A stretch of DNA of 63,486 nucleotides, filler included, from Globobulimina sp. (taxonomy: Eukaryota), in NCBI GenBank assembly GCA_003354225.1. It is 22 parts of 22 records of this genome, joined end to end, with 100 filler letters (N's around TTAATTAATTAA, not from the genome) between each part and the next. Parts side by side here need not be neighbours in the genome. Positions count along the whole stretch, not along the records: positions 1 to 2,793 come from PIVH01004863.1; positions 2,894 to 5,685 come from PIVH01004864.1; positions 5,786 to 8,577 come from PIVH01004865.1; positions 8,678 to 11,469 come from PIVH01004866.1; positions 11,570 to 14,360 come from PIVH01004867.1; 17 more parts are not named here. The stretch is one strand, 5' to 3'. The stretch's first letter is position 1. Each line of letters begins with the position of its first letter. The position numbers were made by a program, and so were the translations under genes. The notes below the pieces were generated by a model. The model had not been told where the DNA came from. It did no database searches and worked only from the letters and a program-made list of their open reading frames with translations. Positions 1-12,287 of this stretch are shown here, one piece after another.

Positions 1-2793
1 ATCATCTTTTTTATCATCCTCTTTTTGATCATCCTCTTTTTTATCGTCTGTTTTTTTATCGTCATCCTTTTTATTATCCTGCTCATCTCCATCCTCATCA
101 ACTTTATCCGGTCCCATTGACATTTTTAATGCAATTAAAAGTTGAGGATCCATTGTTTCATCGTCATCGTCATCATCAACTTCTTCTTTACTCTCTTTCT
201 CTTCTTTTTGTTCTTTTTGTTCCTCGCATTTTGCAATTGCGTTTTCCAATTTTGACAACGCTGATTTTAGCGCCAATGCTTGCGATTCATCCGACTTTAC
301 TTCGTCAGGTTCAACTTGAGACTCCTCAGGTTTTGCTTGATCAGATTCCTTAGATTCCTCTTTATCTGCTTTGGCTTCATCAGCATCAGCATCAGCATCA
401 GGCTTTGATTCCTCTGCTTTTGCTTTGTTTAGCTCCAGTTCAGCTGCAGCTGCTTTTGGTTTATCATCGGGTGGGATTGGTGGTACCTTTTCTGGTTCTC
501 TTGGTGGTACAGGTACTGGTACTGGTACTGGTGGTGCTTCGTGAGCAGGTTTTGCTTCCTCAGGCTCTAATTCATCCGATTTCAACTCGTCTTGTTTTGC
601 CTCTTCCGGTTTTGCTTCCGCTGGTTTGGCTTCCTCAACCGCAGATTCATCGGCCTTTGCTTCATCAGCTTTTGGTTCGTCCGATTTTGGTTCATCTTGT
701 TTTGGTTCATCTTGTTTTGGTTCATCTTGTTTTGGTTCATCTTGTTTTGGTTCATCTTGTTTTGGTTCATCCGGTTTTAATTCATCTTGCTTTAATTCAT
801 CTTGTTTTGGTTCATCTGTTTTTAGTTGGTCTCGTTTTGGCTGTTTGGGTTTTGGTTCTTCAACTTTTGGTTGGTCTGATTTAAGCTCGTCTGGCTTTGG
901 TTGGTCTGCTTTTGCTTTATCTGATTCTATCTCTAATTTATCTGGTCTTGATTCGTCTGGTTTTGCTTCTTCTGGTTTTAATTTCTCTTTTGATGGCTTT
1001 GGCTGCTCTTTTGATGGCTGGTCAACTTGATCGGGTTCAGCATCTTGCACATTTTTCGCCATTTGCTGTTCAGTGGATTGTATTAATTTTGATAAAGATT
1101 CCTGTTTGGAAGCAGCCAGAGCAGCGGCCATTTGTGCCTTTTCCTGTTGCATTGCAAGAAGACTTTCTACGGATTTCGCCTTTGAATATGTACAAGCACC
1201 GCAATTTAGGGCATCTGCCTTATTTATCGAGGCACACATTGCACACTGCCATTCTGCATTGGGATCAATGAGAATCTCTTGTGCTTCTTGCACAATATTT
1301 ATATCTCGATCTGCTAAATCCGTATTTTGTAATTGTGCCGAAAGTGCAGCACTTTCTTCTTTCGAAAAGGCACATATCTGACATTTATTTATATGCGCCT
1401 GATTTAAAAATGTGCATCTTGAACATTGCCAATCCAATTCATTACCAATTACTATCTTATCATTCGGTTCATTGGTCTCATCCGATTTAAATTTTGGTTC
1501 AACAATTTTATTGCTATTATCATATGGTAGCGGTATTTTGGATACTTTTGGTTTGGCAATGATGTCAATTTGATCATTCTCGTTTTTCTTTTTATCCTCA
1601 TTATCAACAATATCGTCTTCTGACTCTAAATCGGCGATTAATATTTCTTTTTTTTTGGGTACATCATCATAATTATCAGCCGCAGCAGCACCAACAGCAA
1701 AAATCTCCTGCAATATTCTCTCTTCTTTGGCTTTGTCATGTTTGTGCCTCAATAATTTGTCGTGCTGTTTTTTGCGGTCTCCAAAGGCTGGGATTTTTTG
1801 CAATTTTTTCTGTTTTGTATCATTATTATTTGTAGCATTCTCTTTAACTTTTTTCATAACTTCGTCTTCTTCGTCAGAGTCATATTCAGTGTCGCTGTCC
1901 TCGGTTACCACTAAATATAATAACGAGCCTTTTTCATCGTCCACAGTCAATTCAGGCAATAAAAATTCAAACTCTCTGTGACATAAAACATCTTTCCATT
2001 TATGCACAGTCTCATTTCCTTGAGCGACCACACAAAACTCGCCGCTGTCTTTTGTTTTTAAGGCATAGCGACTCATTAAACGCGAGCGAGATAAACTTTT
2101 CCTTCGTGATCGATACACGATATTTGGATCTTTTTCGGTTTTCTCCTCTTTTTCGTCTTTTTCTGTTTTTTCGTCTTTTTCATTTTTCTCTTCTTCTTTT
2201 TTATCTGCTTTATTTTTTTTTAATTTGCTAAAACTTTTTTTGGTCGTTGGCGAAGGCGATGGTATATATTTTGTGGATTTAATGGCTTTTTTATGAATAA
2301 TTTGTCCAATTAAACTGATAAACATTTCCATTAATTGTGCTGGATTTATTTGCTTATCACTTTGTGCAATTTTAATTGAATCCGCTGCAGTCCATGTTAT
2401 TAATTTGCGAATCAATTTAATACTTAACTGAAATACTTCAAATGTAAATTTATCCCAATTTAGTATAATATATAATAATCCACTCAATAATTTCCTTGCT
2501 TGTTGATCTGATAACTTATCGCCAGAATAGGTTATAAATAAACATAATAATCGATTCAACCATGTATTGGCTGCTCGTAATGCAATATGTCTATCTCTTT
2601 CATAACATCGTGACACATTATTTAGGCAATTATTTAACATAATTATCATTAATTCCAATATGTTTTTATTTTTATTATGTTCTATTTTTGCAACTTTATT
2701 ATTCACCATAGTATTGCCAGTATTATGCTTCATAATATTTGCCAAATTCAAGCTAATACTTTGTGACGCACTGTGTTGATTTGCTGGTAACTC
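1..2793 (-). CDS. Internal fragment (931 codons, no start or stop) of a large protein with two RanBP2/NZF zinc fingers, two UIM-like helices and a DEPKQ repeat
   Basis: Hand translation is open across the whole contig (absent from the ORF track because it has no stop). WQCSRCTFLNQAHINKCQIC (~1372-1431), WQCAMCASINKADALNCGAC (~1192-1251), QMAAALAASKQE (~1098-1135) and MDPQLLIALKMSM (~115-153). Confidence 0.85.
685..815 (-). repeat. 15-bp coding tandem repeat (GATGAACCAAAACAA; DEPKQ)
   Basis: TTTTGGTTCATCTTG repeated in tandem about five times, with degenerate flanking copies. Confidence 0.95.
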
Positions 2794-2893
2794 NNNNNNN
2801 NNNNNNNNNNNNNNNNNNNNNNNNNNNNNNNNNNNNNTTAATTAATTAANNNNNNNNNNNNNNNNNNNNNNNNNNNNNNNNNNNNNNNNNNNN
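2794..2893. other. Artificial contig spacer (first of 21 identical ones)
   Basis: 44 N + TTAATTAATTAA (stops in all six frames) + 44 N. Recurs at 5686, 8578, 11470, 14361, 17252, 20143, 23034, 25925, 28815, 31705, 34595, 37485, 40375, 43264, 46153, 49042, 51931, 54820, 57709 and 60598; the intervening contigs fall from 2793 to 2789 bp. Confidence 0.99.
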
Positions 2894-2905
2894 AATAATA
2901 AAAAA

Positions 2906-5260
2906 CTAACAATATCCTATCATGACTCCCACAGCTTTCGCGCTTCGCATTTCCAGTTTCTTTTCGTTTTTGGTCTGACTTTTTTTCTTATTTTTCTCCG
3001 ATTTCTTTATTTTTTTACTTTTCTTTTTCGCACTCTTAATCTCCTTCTTTTTTTTCCTTTTTTTCTTATCCTTTTTTTTATTTCTCTTTGACTTTTCATC
3101 CCCGTCAAATTTAGCCACATTCTTACAATGCCTCCGTCTCTTTCTTTTTTTCTTCAAACGCCTCTTATTTTTGCATGACACGGCCCCCGGTTCAGTATCA
3201 TAGTCAATGTCCGTCGTCGCCGTCACACTCTGTCCAATCAACCCAATTTTCTTATTTTTCGGCGAAACGGTCGAAACACTGCTATTATCACTCATGTTCT
3301 CCTCATTATTTTTCGCAGAAATACGCATTTTTTTGTGTGCCTTTCTTCGTTTTGAGTTTTTTAATGAAGTCATAGTCGATGCTCTGCGATTATTATTACG
3401 CTTCGACCCCAAAAAAGCAGTTAAATGTTTGCTTATTTTCTCATCTTTTTGTGCTAAACTCCTCCGTTTCCCTTTTAATTTAATATGCTGTTTATCGTCG
3501 AATGAATTTGATAAACTCGAATGAGATGATTCATCATCACTGGTTTCACTCTCTTTAAATGCATACAAACAAGAAATGGTTCCCATTGTTTGCCAACGAC
3601 AAAAGCGAACATATTCACGTACCTAAATTCACTTTTTTTTCACTCAAATTATCAGCTTTTTGCAGTCCAATAGATCCCGGCTGATCGGCCTCATATTCAT
3701 CATCATCGGAAGTCTCTTCATCAGTCAATGCATCCGGACCTGGTAACGGCAGCTTTGATAATCGCCTTTGTTTGGATTTCCCCCCTTCAATTTCATGCAG
3801 GTTTGTATCTGCCGGCGCTTTCTGAGCCATTCCTTGCATAATTTGTTGGTTGAATGTGTGTTTGATCTCCTCTGTGATCTGAGAAGTGTCGGGGAACACA
3901 ATCCTTACATCGGCGCCATTGGCGGCAGCCACCACACATTTCACTTCATTGATAATATAGTCCCAATCCGCCATAATCACTTTGCCCGCCGATATCATCA
4001 ATCTTACAACAAAAAGAAACACATTTTCAGTTTCAAACAGAAAGCGAATCATAAAAAAAAGTATGATATTTAGTTTTGTTACAAAAATATAAGTACAAAT
4101 GTATACAAATTATAATACCTAATTCTTTGAGCGCCATCGTGTACAGATTGCGTCGTCTCGGCCACTTTGGAGACGGTGGAAGTTTGCCCCAACGGATAAC
4201 CGACGGTGACACAGATTTTTGTGTTGGATTTGAGTTTTTTCTCATTGCGCAACTTCTTCATTTTAAAGGATATTTTGGAACCGCGGCGTTTCGATTTCTT
4301 ATGCAATTTAAGATTCGCTTTGTACTGTTTCAGTGCGTATTTTTTTAACAATTGGTGGCATTGTTGGACCCACATTGAATTTACAGTGATCCAGTCACAG
4401 TTCATGGAGATGGCACATTGGCACAATCTGTCCGCGTCATTGTCATTCCATACTTTGTTTGTGACGGCACGCTCCAATAAAAATTGCAAATATTCCTTCG
4501 TATTCATACTTGGCACCGTAAGCTCTTTTGGTTTGGGGTTCTCCCGTTTTTTCACTGTGTGCAGTTTCAAAGCAAATCAATTTTATAATTCTCAGTTCAA
4601 ACTGAAAAAAAATGCCAAATACGTTTCTGATTTAATTCAAACTGAACAAACTCAGCAACGCATGCATGTATTTTCAGTGCGAAACTGACATTTTTTACCT
4701 TTGTTAAGCGCCATTGCAGATTTTGAACTTTTTTGTAATACATAGCTCTGTTTATGGTCATCATGTCCTTCGTTCGCGTCATCAAGTTTGCCTTCGTTTA
4801 AGTTTGGAGCTGGATGCATATGGCTATGATTTTCAATTTGTTGCAATGATTTGTTGGCTGATCTGGGTGGATTTAAATGTGTATTTGAGACTTCACGCGG
4901 AGACAATGCGCCTTTTTCTAAATTAAATCCACGCTCAATCTCATGTATTAACTGTGTGCTCTGTGGACTCGTCGTTAAATTCATTAATTGCTGTTTTGCA
5001 AATTGCACTTCGCGCAATGTATTGCTTTGTTTGTCGGTGATTACTTTTTTGTACGAAGCAATTTGTACGTTTAAGTTGCATTTTCTTTCTAATGCAGACA
5101 TTGCAGACTCGAATGTGTTCCATGACACATTGGTGCCGTTTTTTATCGATTTAAAGATATATTTCGCTGAATCTCGGTTGATGGCAGGCAGTGTTTTCAG
5201 AGCTAGTTCTGTAAATTTGTTCGATTGCTTTGCTTGGAATGTCTTGAAAAGTGATGACAT
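2906..5260 (-). CDS. Four-exon hypothetical protein with a Lys-rich C-terminus
   Basis: Four ORFs join in frame through GT-AG introns at 4555-4698, 4003-4118 and 3553-3622 (phases checked). No recognisable domain. Confidence 0.7.
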
Positions 5261-5808
5261 GGTCGGACAGTGGACACCATGAAAGAAAAAACTTTTTACT
5301 GATTTGGGTTATACTCTCGGACTGAGTTCCATTTTATGACACTACAAAAAAAACAAAGCATTACACTGTAATTCAGTTTGTGAGAATTCCATATTGATTC
5401 CAGTTATTTTTGTGAATGACTTGTCTGTTTAAGTCATACACTTTGATAATTTTAATATTTATCACAAATTTTACTTTTGAAAAATCCATAAATTTCATCA
5501 ATTGCTCGTTTGCAGTCTCGCAAGTGGCGCTTATATACATCATAGATCTGCGTTTATCGATTTCATACATCTTAATATCAACCATACGGAATGTAACATC
5601 AATTAATATTTTATCTACGTTTTGAGGCAAATTCAATAATTTTAATCCCAATTTGATTACTTTTCTGCTGTTTTTCTTTCTCTCCNNNNNNNNNNNNNNN
5701 NNNNNNNNNNNNNNNNNNNNNNNNNNNNNTTAATTAATTAANNNNNNNNNNNNNNNNNNNNNNNNNNNNNNNNNNNNNNNNNNNNTTTTTTTTTATTATT
5801 TTAAATTA

Positions 5809-6332
5809 TTATACAGCGGGAGCAAGAATATTTCTCTTAATATTTGTAAGAACACGAACAATAACACCAATTCCATCCATTTTAACAATCGCTTGATGCC
5901 AACTTAACAATTCATTCAATGCTTTTGGCATTGCTTGAAATCCATAAAATACATATTGTAAAACGATTTCTCTCCCTTTTTCATCCAATTGCTTTAAACA
6001 AGAATCCATATTCGATCTTTTAAGTTTACTGATTGCAGTTATTACCGGTCCTGCGATTTTTTTCTTTTTCGTTAAATAAATAGTTATTAATAATAATAAT
6101 TTATGCTTAATAGACAATTTAATTACCTGTAAATCAGCATCTTTACAATTTGGTGGATCACTTGCAACCGATCTCAAAACACCTAGATAGTTACCACTGT
6201 GCATGGGTATTATTTGCTATTTGTTTGTTTGTTATTAAATAATAATAAATCGTGAAAATACTTTGAACATTGCTGCTCGACTTGTTTTAATAAATCATTT
6301 GATTGACTAATGTCTTCTTTTTCATCTGCCAT
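5809..6332 (-). CDS. ARPC5: Arp2/3 complex subunit 5 (p16-Arc), three exons
   Basis: IVLQYVFYGF...LLSWHQAIVKMDGIGVIVRVLT matches the p16-Arc C-terminal signature. Introns 6197-6261 and 6064-6126 give the in-frame start MADEKEDIS. Confidence 0.9.
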
Positions 6333-6478
6333 TGGTTTTTGTAGTGGTGAAGAGTTTTAGTATGATGAATGTGCAATTAATCATTTAAGTATTTATCAGT
6401 ATATTTGTTATTCATTGAATTGGATTTTTTATTAAATATTATTTAATCGCCAAGTCATAAAATAATTGATAATTCATT

Positions 6479-8015
6479 ATGCAATACGTTCTAAAGTTAG
6501 ATGCATTTCGTAAAATTCCCACTGAACTGACAAATCCAACAATGCATGGAGCATATTTAACTATTTTAGCTTACACAATCATGGCATTATTATTTTTTAT
6601 GGAATTTCATGCATATTTAACAACCTCAGCAATTAAAACCGTTGAACTAGATTCACATTACGCACAGGTATCGGTATCCTTATCCTTGCACTTAAAGACT
6701 GATTATCTAATATAATATTAATATAATATTAATATAATATGTATAGCATATTTGGATTGATTTTGATGTTGTAATGCACGAATTGCCGTGTAAGTATACA
6801 AAGGTTGTGGTGCGTGACATTGTAGGCCAACAAGAATTGGATATATTGGACCAGAGAGTGACAAAGGAGAGAACCGATGTACGTTCAGGCAATTTCAAAG
6901 GCATACACAAAGACCAAGAGCAAGAGCCATTGGATGGCAATAAGTTGGATAGTAATAGTAATCGGAGGAAAGAAAAGAGTGAAAATGGAGAATGGCTACA
7001 TCCCGAATTGGAAGCAGATTGGATCACAACCTCTGATGAATTTAAACACACAGATTTCGATGCGGTGGTCAAATATCACGACTTTACTTTTATAAATTTT
7101 TACGCCGAATGGTGTATACATTGCAGACGATTCGCGCCGACCTGGATTGAGGCCGAAGGCAAAGCGGATAGCCAGGACTTTCGAGATAAGAACGGCAATG
7201 AAGTGGTGGCTAAATTATTGCGAATAAATTGTGTCTCGTTTCAAGACTTATGCGCTCGGATCGGCATCAGAGCGTATCCGACGGTGCGAATGTATAAAAG
7301 AGACGGAACCTTTGCGGTGTATCATGGCGAAAGAAAACTGGAGCCGATCTTGGATTTTTTCTCCAAATTTATAACATCGGAAGCGATCCAAATGAGTGGT
7401 GGCAGTGGCGGAGAGTCGTCGGGTTTGGTGACGCATCATAGCAACATCGAAGAGGGCTGTCGAGTTCACGGCGAGTTAAAAGTGCGAAGGGTGCCCGGAT
7501 TCTTTTTGTTGGAGGCCGATGGTGACACTATTTTGGACTCGTTAGAGCCGGCAATGACCAATGTATCGCATCGCGTCAATCATCTGTGGTTTTTAGACGA
7601 CAGGGAAGCTTTGAAGAATTATGTGAAAAATACGGCGCGCCATGTGACCAAAGACATTTTGCGGAATGTACAGCCTATGAAACAAACAGAGTTCACATCG
7701 TACAAAGCGCACATGGCACCGCAGCATTATTTAAATGTGATACCGACCATATTTGACGACTCTGTCATTGTGTATCAATCGACGGTGCAGTCGCATATTG
7801 CGGACGTGAAAGCGACTGAGATTCCGCAGGCCAGATTTTCATATCAATTCAGTCCAATGACGATTAAAGTTTCTACAAAAGGCAGGCCATTTTATGATTT
7901 TTTGACGTCTGTGTTTGCCATCGTAGGTGGTACCTATACGCTCGTTTCATTAGTTGATAGATTTTGGGATACAATGAGTGCCAAATACAAAGCTGGAATG
8001 AACAAATTAGGATAA
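6479..8015 (+). CDS. PDI-C type protein: ERGIC_N + thioredoxin (WCIHC) + COPIIcoated_ERV domain, two TM segments
   Basis: LKLDAFRKIP/PTMHGAYLT N-terminus; FINFYAEWCIHC; EGCRVHGELKVRRVPG, NVSHRVNHL, FSYQFSPM, FLTSVFAIVGG; ends GMNKLG. Intron 6668-6746 is in frame. Confidence 0.92.
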
Positions 8016-8801
8016 TATTGGAATTTGCAAAGCAATTCAATTCAATTCAATTCAAATGACTTGACTTTCTCTAATTTACTTGTTTCTCTCTCACTGCATA
8101 CTTATAAATCTTTCCAACAAGCAACAAAAATCAGTACTAGCTTTTAATTGTATGATAACGTCATAATAATCACTCTCACTCTGCAGTGTTTGGAGGCGTC
8201 GAACAGATTTCTAAATAACAAGAATATGTAACCAAGCTGAAAACCTGGTTCAGTTTGAGTACCCCCTGCGTACAGCACCTACCGAGCTCAGGTATTGTTG
8301 CTTATGTATACAGTGATGTATCGGATAAGATGAAGACGCTATGATCAAAATATTGGTATGATCAAATATTTTGTGGTGTAATATGATAGATCATATAACC
8401 AATTTCGGTGATCATATAAATATAACCAATTAAGAACAACAGTGTTTTAACAGGTTGCAAAAGATTAATAATATAATTGATACACTAAATCAATACAATA
8501 CATATATATAAAATCTTTGTTTATGTTCAAATCTTAGTGGTATCCTTTGTGAGTCCTTTGTTCTTTGTGAGAATTTTNNNNNNNNNNNNNNNNNNNNNNN
8601 NNNNNNNNNNNNNNNNNNNNNTTAATTAATTAANNNNNNNNNNNNNNNNNNNNNNNNNNNNNNNNNNNNNNNNNNNNGTCACACTTACAAAGTTGCATCG
8701 TTTCGAAAGTAGTAATATTATCATTAAATATTTTTTTGTAAATGTATCAACAGTTATATATAATTACAACAAAACTACGCTGATTTATGGGAGATTCAGC
8801 G

Positions 8802-9929
8802 TCATATCAAATTTTTAAACGCATGTGTTTCATTCAACCATTTTCCTTGATCTACCGTCTGATTATCTAATTTTGTATCAGTTCCTGAAGACAATGATCG
8901 ATTCAAAGCATGGTTAGTGTTTCCATTCTTTTTTGCTGTGTTAATAAGTAAATCATTGCTCATAGAAAATGTCGTGATTGTATTCACATCATCTTCATTG
9001 ACTGTAAGCACTGTTTCTGTCGACATGGATCCACCAATCAATATCAAATGCGCTGCATGTTCTATATTCCATAAAAACAATTTCCGAAATACTGTCTCTC
9101 TCACCATTCTCACACAAAATAAAAACAATATACAATTACAAAACCCCTGCAATGGATCGCAAAAACTCTGACCATATACCAATACATAATCCATTGTACT
9201 GTCTTCATTTATGACACCTGTTGCTATCAAAAACACTCTCAATGTGCTAAAAATTCGAGTAATGAGAAACAATAAAGGTATGGACCCAATTCTTGCTAAC
9301 AATTCTTTGATTTGATTAGCTTTATAATCTGCATTCGAGCTCCTATCGTTTGATCGAATGGATTTCAGTTTGTACCATGTGAGGGAATAAATGATTGAAA
9401 CCCAAATGAATGAAAACAATTCAATAGCTTTGCCATACAATAATTGTTCAGAAAATAATGAAACCCAACACCAGCCAGCTGTATAATCATCAGTTAATTC
9501 TATGTTTCCATCCTTTTCAATGTAGAATGCGATCATAGTTAGTATGATAATCGCAGGAATAAGCCATGACATAATGTGAAAAGTGAAAAAAAGTGTTTTT
9601 GGAAATTTCATCCATTTTGATTGATACGCTGCGCCACAAATGTATACAGCGATGCAGTCGGTCCATATGAATGATGAAACGGGAGAAAATACGGTGACAG
9701 CAGTAAATGTTAATTTTGTGGAGTTTGAACAATTCGAACAACCATTGCAGAATACGACATTCAGGAAATATCCCATTGCTGTGTCCAAATCAGCCACACT
9801 TAGCCATAGCAGTAATCTGCGTGCAGGTTTGCGCAGTGATGGGAATCTCCAATAAACTATAATGATGGCTGAGGATCCAATGATTGATAAAACACAGCTA
9901 AACATACTCAATACTGTTGTTATTTCCAT
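8802..9929 (-). CDS. 7TM G-protein-coupled receptor, cAMP-receptor/GCR1-like family
   Basis: LSIIGS..II..YWRFPSLR...RRLLLWLSVADL, SSFIWTDCIA, FHIMSWLIP, AGWCWV and PLQGFCNCILF motifs; seven hydrophobic segments. Confidence 0.88.
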   Translation of the reverse strand: MEITTVLSMFSCVLSIIGSSAIIIVYWRFPSLRKPARRLLLWLSVADLDTAMGYFLNVVFCNGCSNCSNSTKLTFTAVTVFSPVSSFIWTDCIAVYICGAAYQSKWMKFPKTLFFTFHIMSWLIPAIIILTMIAFYIEKDGNIELTDDYTAGWCWVSLFSEQLLYGKAIELFSFIWVSIIYSLTWYKLKSIRSNDRSSNADYKANQIKELLARIGSIPLLFLITRIFSTLRVFLIATGVINEDSTMDYVLVYGQSFCDPLQGFCNCILFLFCVRMVRETVFRKLFLWNIEHAAHLILIGGSMSTETVLTVNEDDVNTITTFSMSNDLLINTAKKNGNTNHALNRSLSSGTDTKLDNQTVDQGKWLNETHAFKNLI

Positions 9930-10013
9930 GGTTTGAAGTGAGTAAAAAACTTTTGAGTCTCAATTAAATAGATCTAGATCTAGATGCTCTAGTCACTAAT
10001 GCCCAATTTATAA

Positions 10014-11469
10014 ATGTTGTGCATTTGGGACGTATATGAACATTGTTTAAAGAAATACAAACTTAGAAATGACACCAAACATAAAATATGCGGTGATCAC
10101 TCGTACAATGGAACAACATCATATAATTTCCCTACAAATTATGATATTTCATTTAATTCAAAAGCATCATTTTATAAATCATCAGAATATGTACTTCATT
10201 TTATATTTATAGCATTGGTTTTCATTGATTTTATTTACAGTCATATTCATTTACAATTACTTTTATTCGCATCATCCACATTAATATTTGCTATATTTTC
10301 CGCTTCGTTTTTCTTTTGTACAATTTCAAGTTGCTTTGGTTTAATTAATCAAAAGTCGAAAAGCAAAAGAAAAACGACTTTAACTTTACAATTATGTCAA
10401 ACATCAATTTTCTTATTGTTATTATTCACCATTTTGCTCGTTTTCTTTGCAGTGTCACCGCCATTATTGCTGTATTTATGTTGTTTATATTTAATAAAAG
10501 CAAACCCAATCAAATATGTGATAGAATTCTTAGAATTGCACGACATCCTAAATATGAAAAACATGCAAATTGATTATAATTTCATACAATATAATCCGAT
10601 GATGATTGATAACTATAAAAACATTGCAATTTATCAGTATTTGCTTGTATACATTTTGATTAAATATGAGTGTAATTTAAACGCAAAAAATGTAAATACA
10701 TTAGCATCGAACAAGTGTTTACAGAAATGCAATCAGATAATATCTGCTACGTATTATGACAGCGATATGTTCGTTGCTGACCATAAATTATCAAATATTA
10801 AATTTTCAAAGCGTACTGCAACAAAAAATTGGTTTGTTATACAAAAATATGTCACAAATCATATGATTGTGGATATAATATCGATGGTAGTTATTTTTAT
10901 TTTTGTGCTCCTTACATTTTGGTGTTGTTTTTTTTATTTTATTCATATATCGCATGGCCATAATAACAATGTATATAATTTTTATGCCACAACATATATG
11001 CTTTATATTTTATTATTTTTATTGTTGATCATGTGTTTTTTATTGGATATTGAGAGTACAATCAGTCATAATTTAGGATGGTTGAAGCCATTATATTTTG
11101 CATCCGATTGTGGTATACAGATAAAAAATATCCATTATGTTAAGTTTATGTATTGTTATTGTGATATTTTATGTGTTTCCGCCACCATAAATGCCATTGA
11201 TTCGAGTTTAAATAATGAGAAGTTGGTAAATATAATAATTGGATATTTATATGATATTTGTTTTGAAAATTGGTTGGAATTAATGACAAAACATCATTAC
11301 TGCTACAATTATAATGAAATAAAACAACAAGAAATCAATAGTTTGCAATTTGATATTTCTCATTGGTTGACATTAAAAATTACAATTTGCAGTGTTTGCG
11401 ATTTGAAATATTTTGCGTTTAATGGCATGGATAAAATATATGCAAAAATAAAAATGATTAAACCAAAAT
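10014..11469 (+). CDS. Hypothetical multi-pass membrane protein (3' truncated)
   Basis: About 485 open codons with several hydrophobic segments; runs into the spacer. Confidence 0.55.
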
Positions 11470-11628
11470 NNNNNNNNNNNNNNNNNNNNNNNNNNNNNNN
11501 NNNNNNNNNNNNNTTAATTAATTAANNNNNNNNNNNNNNNNNNNNNNNNNNNNNNNNNNNNNNNNNNNNCCGTACGTTTCTAATTAATCTGTTTTATAGT
11601 ACTAGTGTTGGTTTATAATTAATTACAG

Positions 11629-12119
11629 AATTTAGCATGGAATTATTATTATGTTTTGCAGAGATTATGCAATATAAATTTGCTTTGAAACAAAGGTGTG
11701 ATGTAATAGATAGTGAGGCAATTCAAATCAAACACAGTTTTAAAGAAGAAAGCATTTTGCCAGAGATAATACCGCAATCTATCATTATTAAAAACGGATT
11801 TCAACAAATATCAACACTTAACGCAAATGGAGATGCATCTGAATTAATACAGGATGCTAAAAAAGTAGTTCGTAAACTATATGACAAATATATTAAAAAC
11901 GGCAGTGAATTACAAGTAAATATATCGCATGGAATAAGGCAGAAAGTAAGCAATCTTGTGTCTGACGAATCATTTTGGATGACATTTAATATTGTTCCAA
12001 ATGAATTATTTTCCATTTATGACGATGTTGCAACCGATATGTTTAGGCTTATGCATGGTGCATTTGGTCGTTTTAAAGATACCACTGAATTTGAAACTGT
12101 TTGCAAAGAATTAATATAA
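11629..12119 (+). CDS. RGS domain, last exon of a 5'-truncated gene
   Basis: Acceptor ttacag|AA gives EFSMELLLCFAE; LYDKYIKNGSELQVNIS and FRLMHGAFGRFKDT are RGS hallmarks. Confidence 0.88.
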
Positions 12120-12287
12120 ACTATTTATAAATATTTAACTCTCCTCGGATTATTATTATATATTATTTTTCTTTTCATATTATAGCTACAGCGGTAGTAT
12201 TTTCTGTAATATAAATACCAAGAAATAAAGAAATCACAAGTTTTTACTTTGAAATCCATAGCTCCTTGCACCAGTTTTTTAGTCACC

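Noticed and set aside
685-815. 15-bp repeats as a possible CRISPR array
   Set aside because: Head-to-tail with no spacers, in-frame coding, and in a eukaryotic context.
117-1981. Plus-strand hydrophobic or repetitive ORFs (LVHLV, FWFIL, FGSSC repeats) and the MNQNK ORF
   Set aside because: Shadows of the real minus-strand DEPKQ-repeat reading frame.
2838-2849. Regularly spaced TTAATTAATTAA (every ~2.89 kb) resembling an array or recombination site
   Set aside because: It is the six-frame stop linker embedded in N runs, added during contig concatenation; not biological.
5373-5651. 92-aa minus-strand ORF at the contig edge
   Set aside because: May be the tail of a truncated gene, but there is no motif or start evidence to support a call.
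8034-8055. (CAATT)n microsatellite in the PDI-C 3' region
   Set aside because: Ordinary short tandem repeat in AT-rich DNA.
8180-8350. Relatively GC-rich intergenic patch (similar one at 15140-15260) as a possible snRNA/snoRNA
   Set aside because: No convincing box C/D, H/ACA or snRNA signature by eye; needs an Rfam scan.
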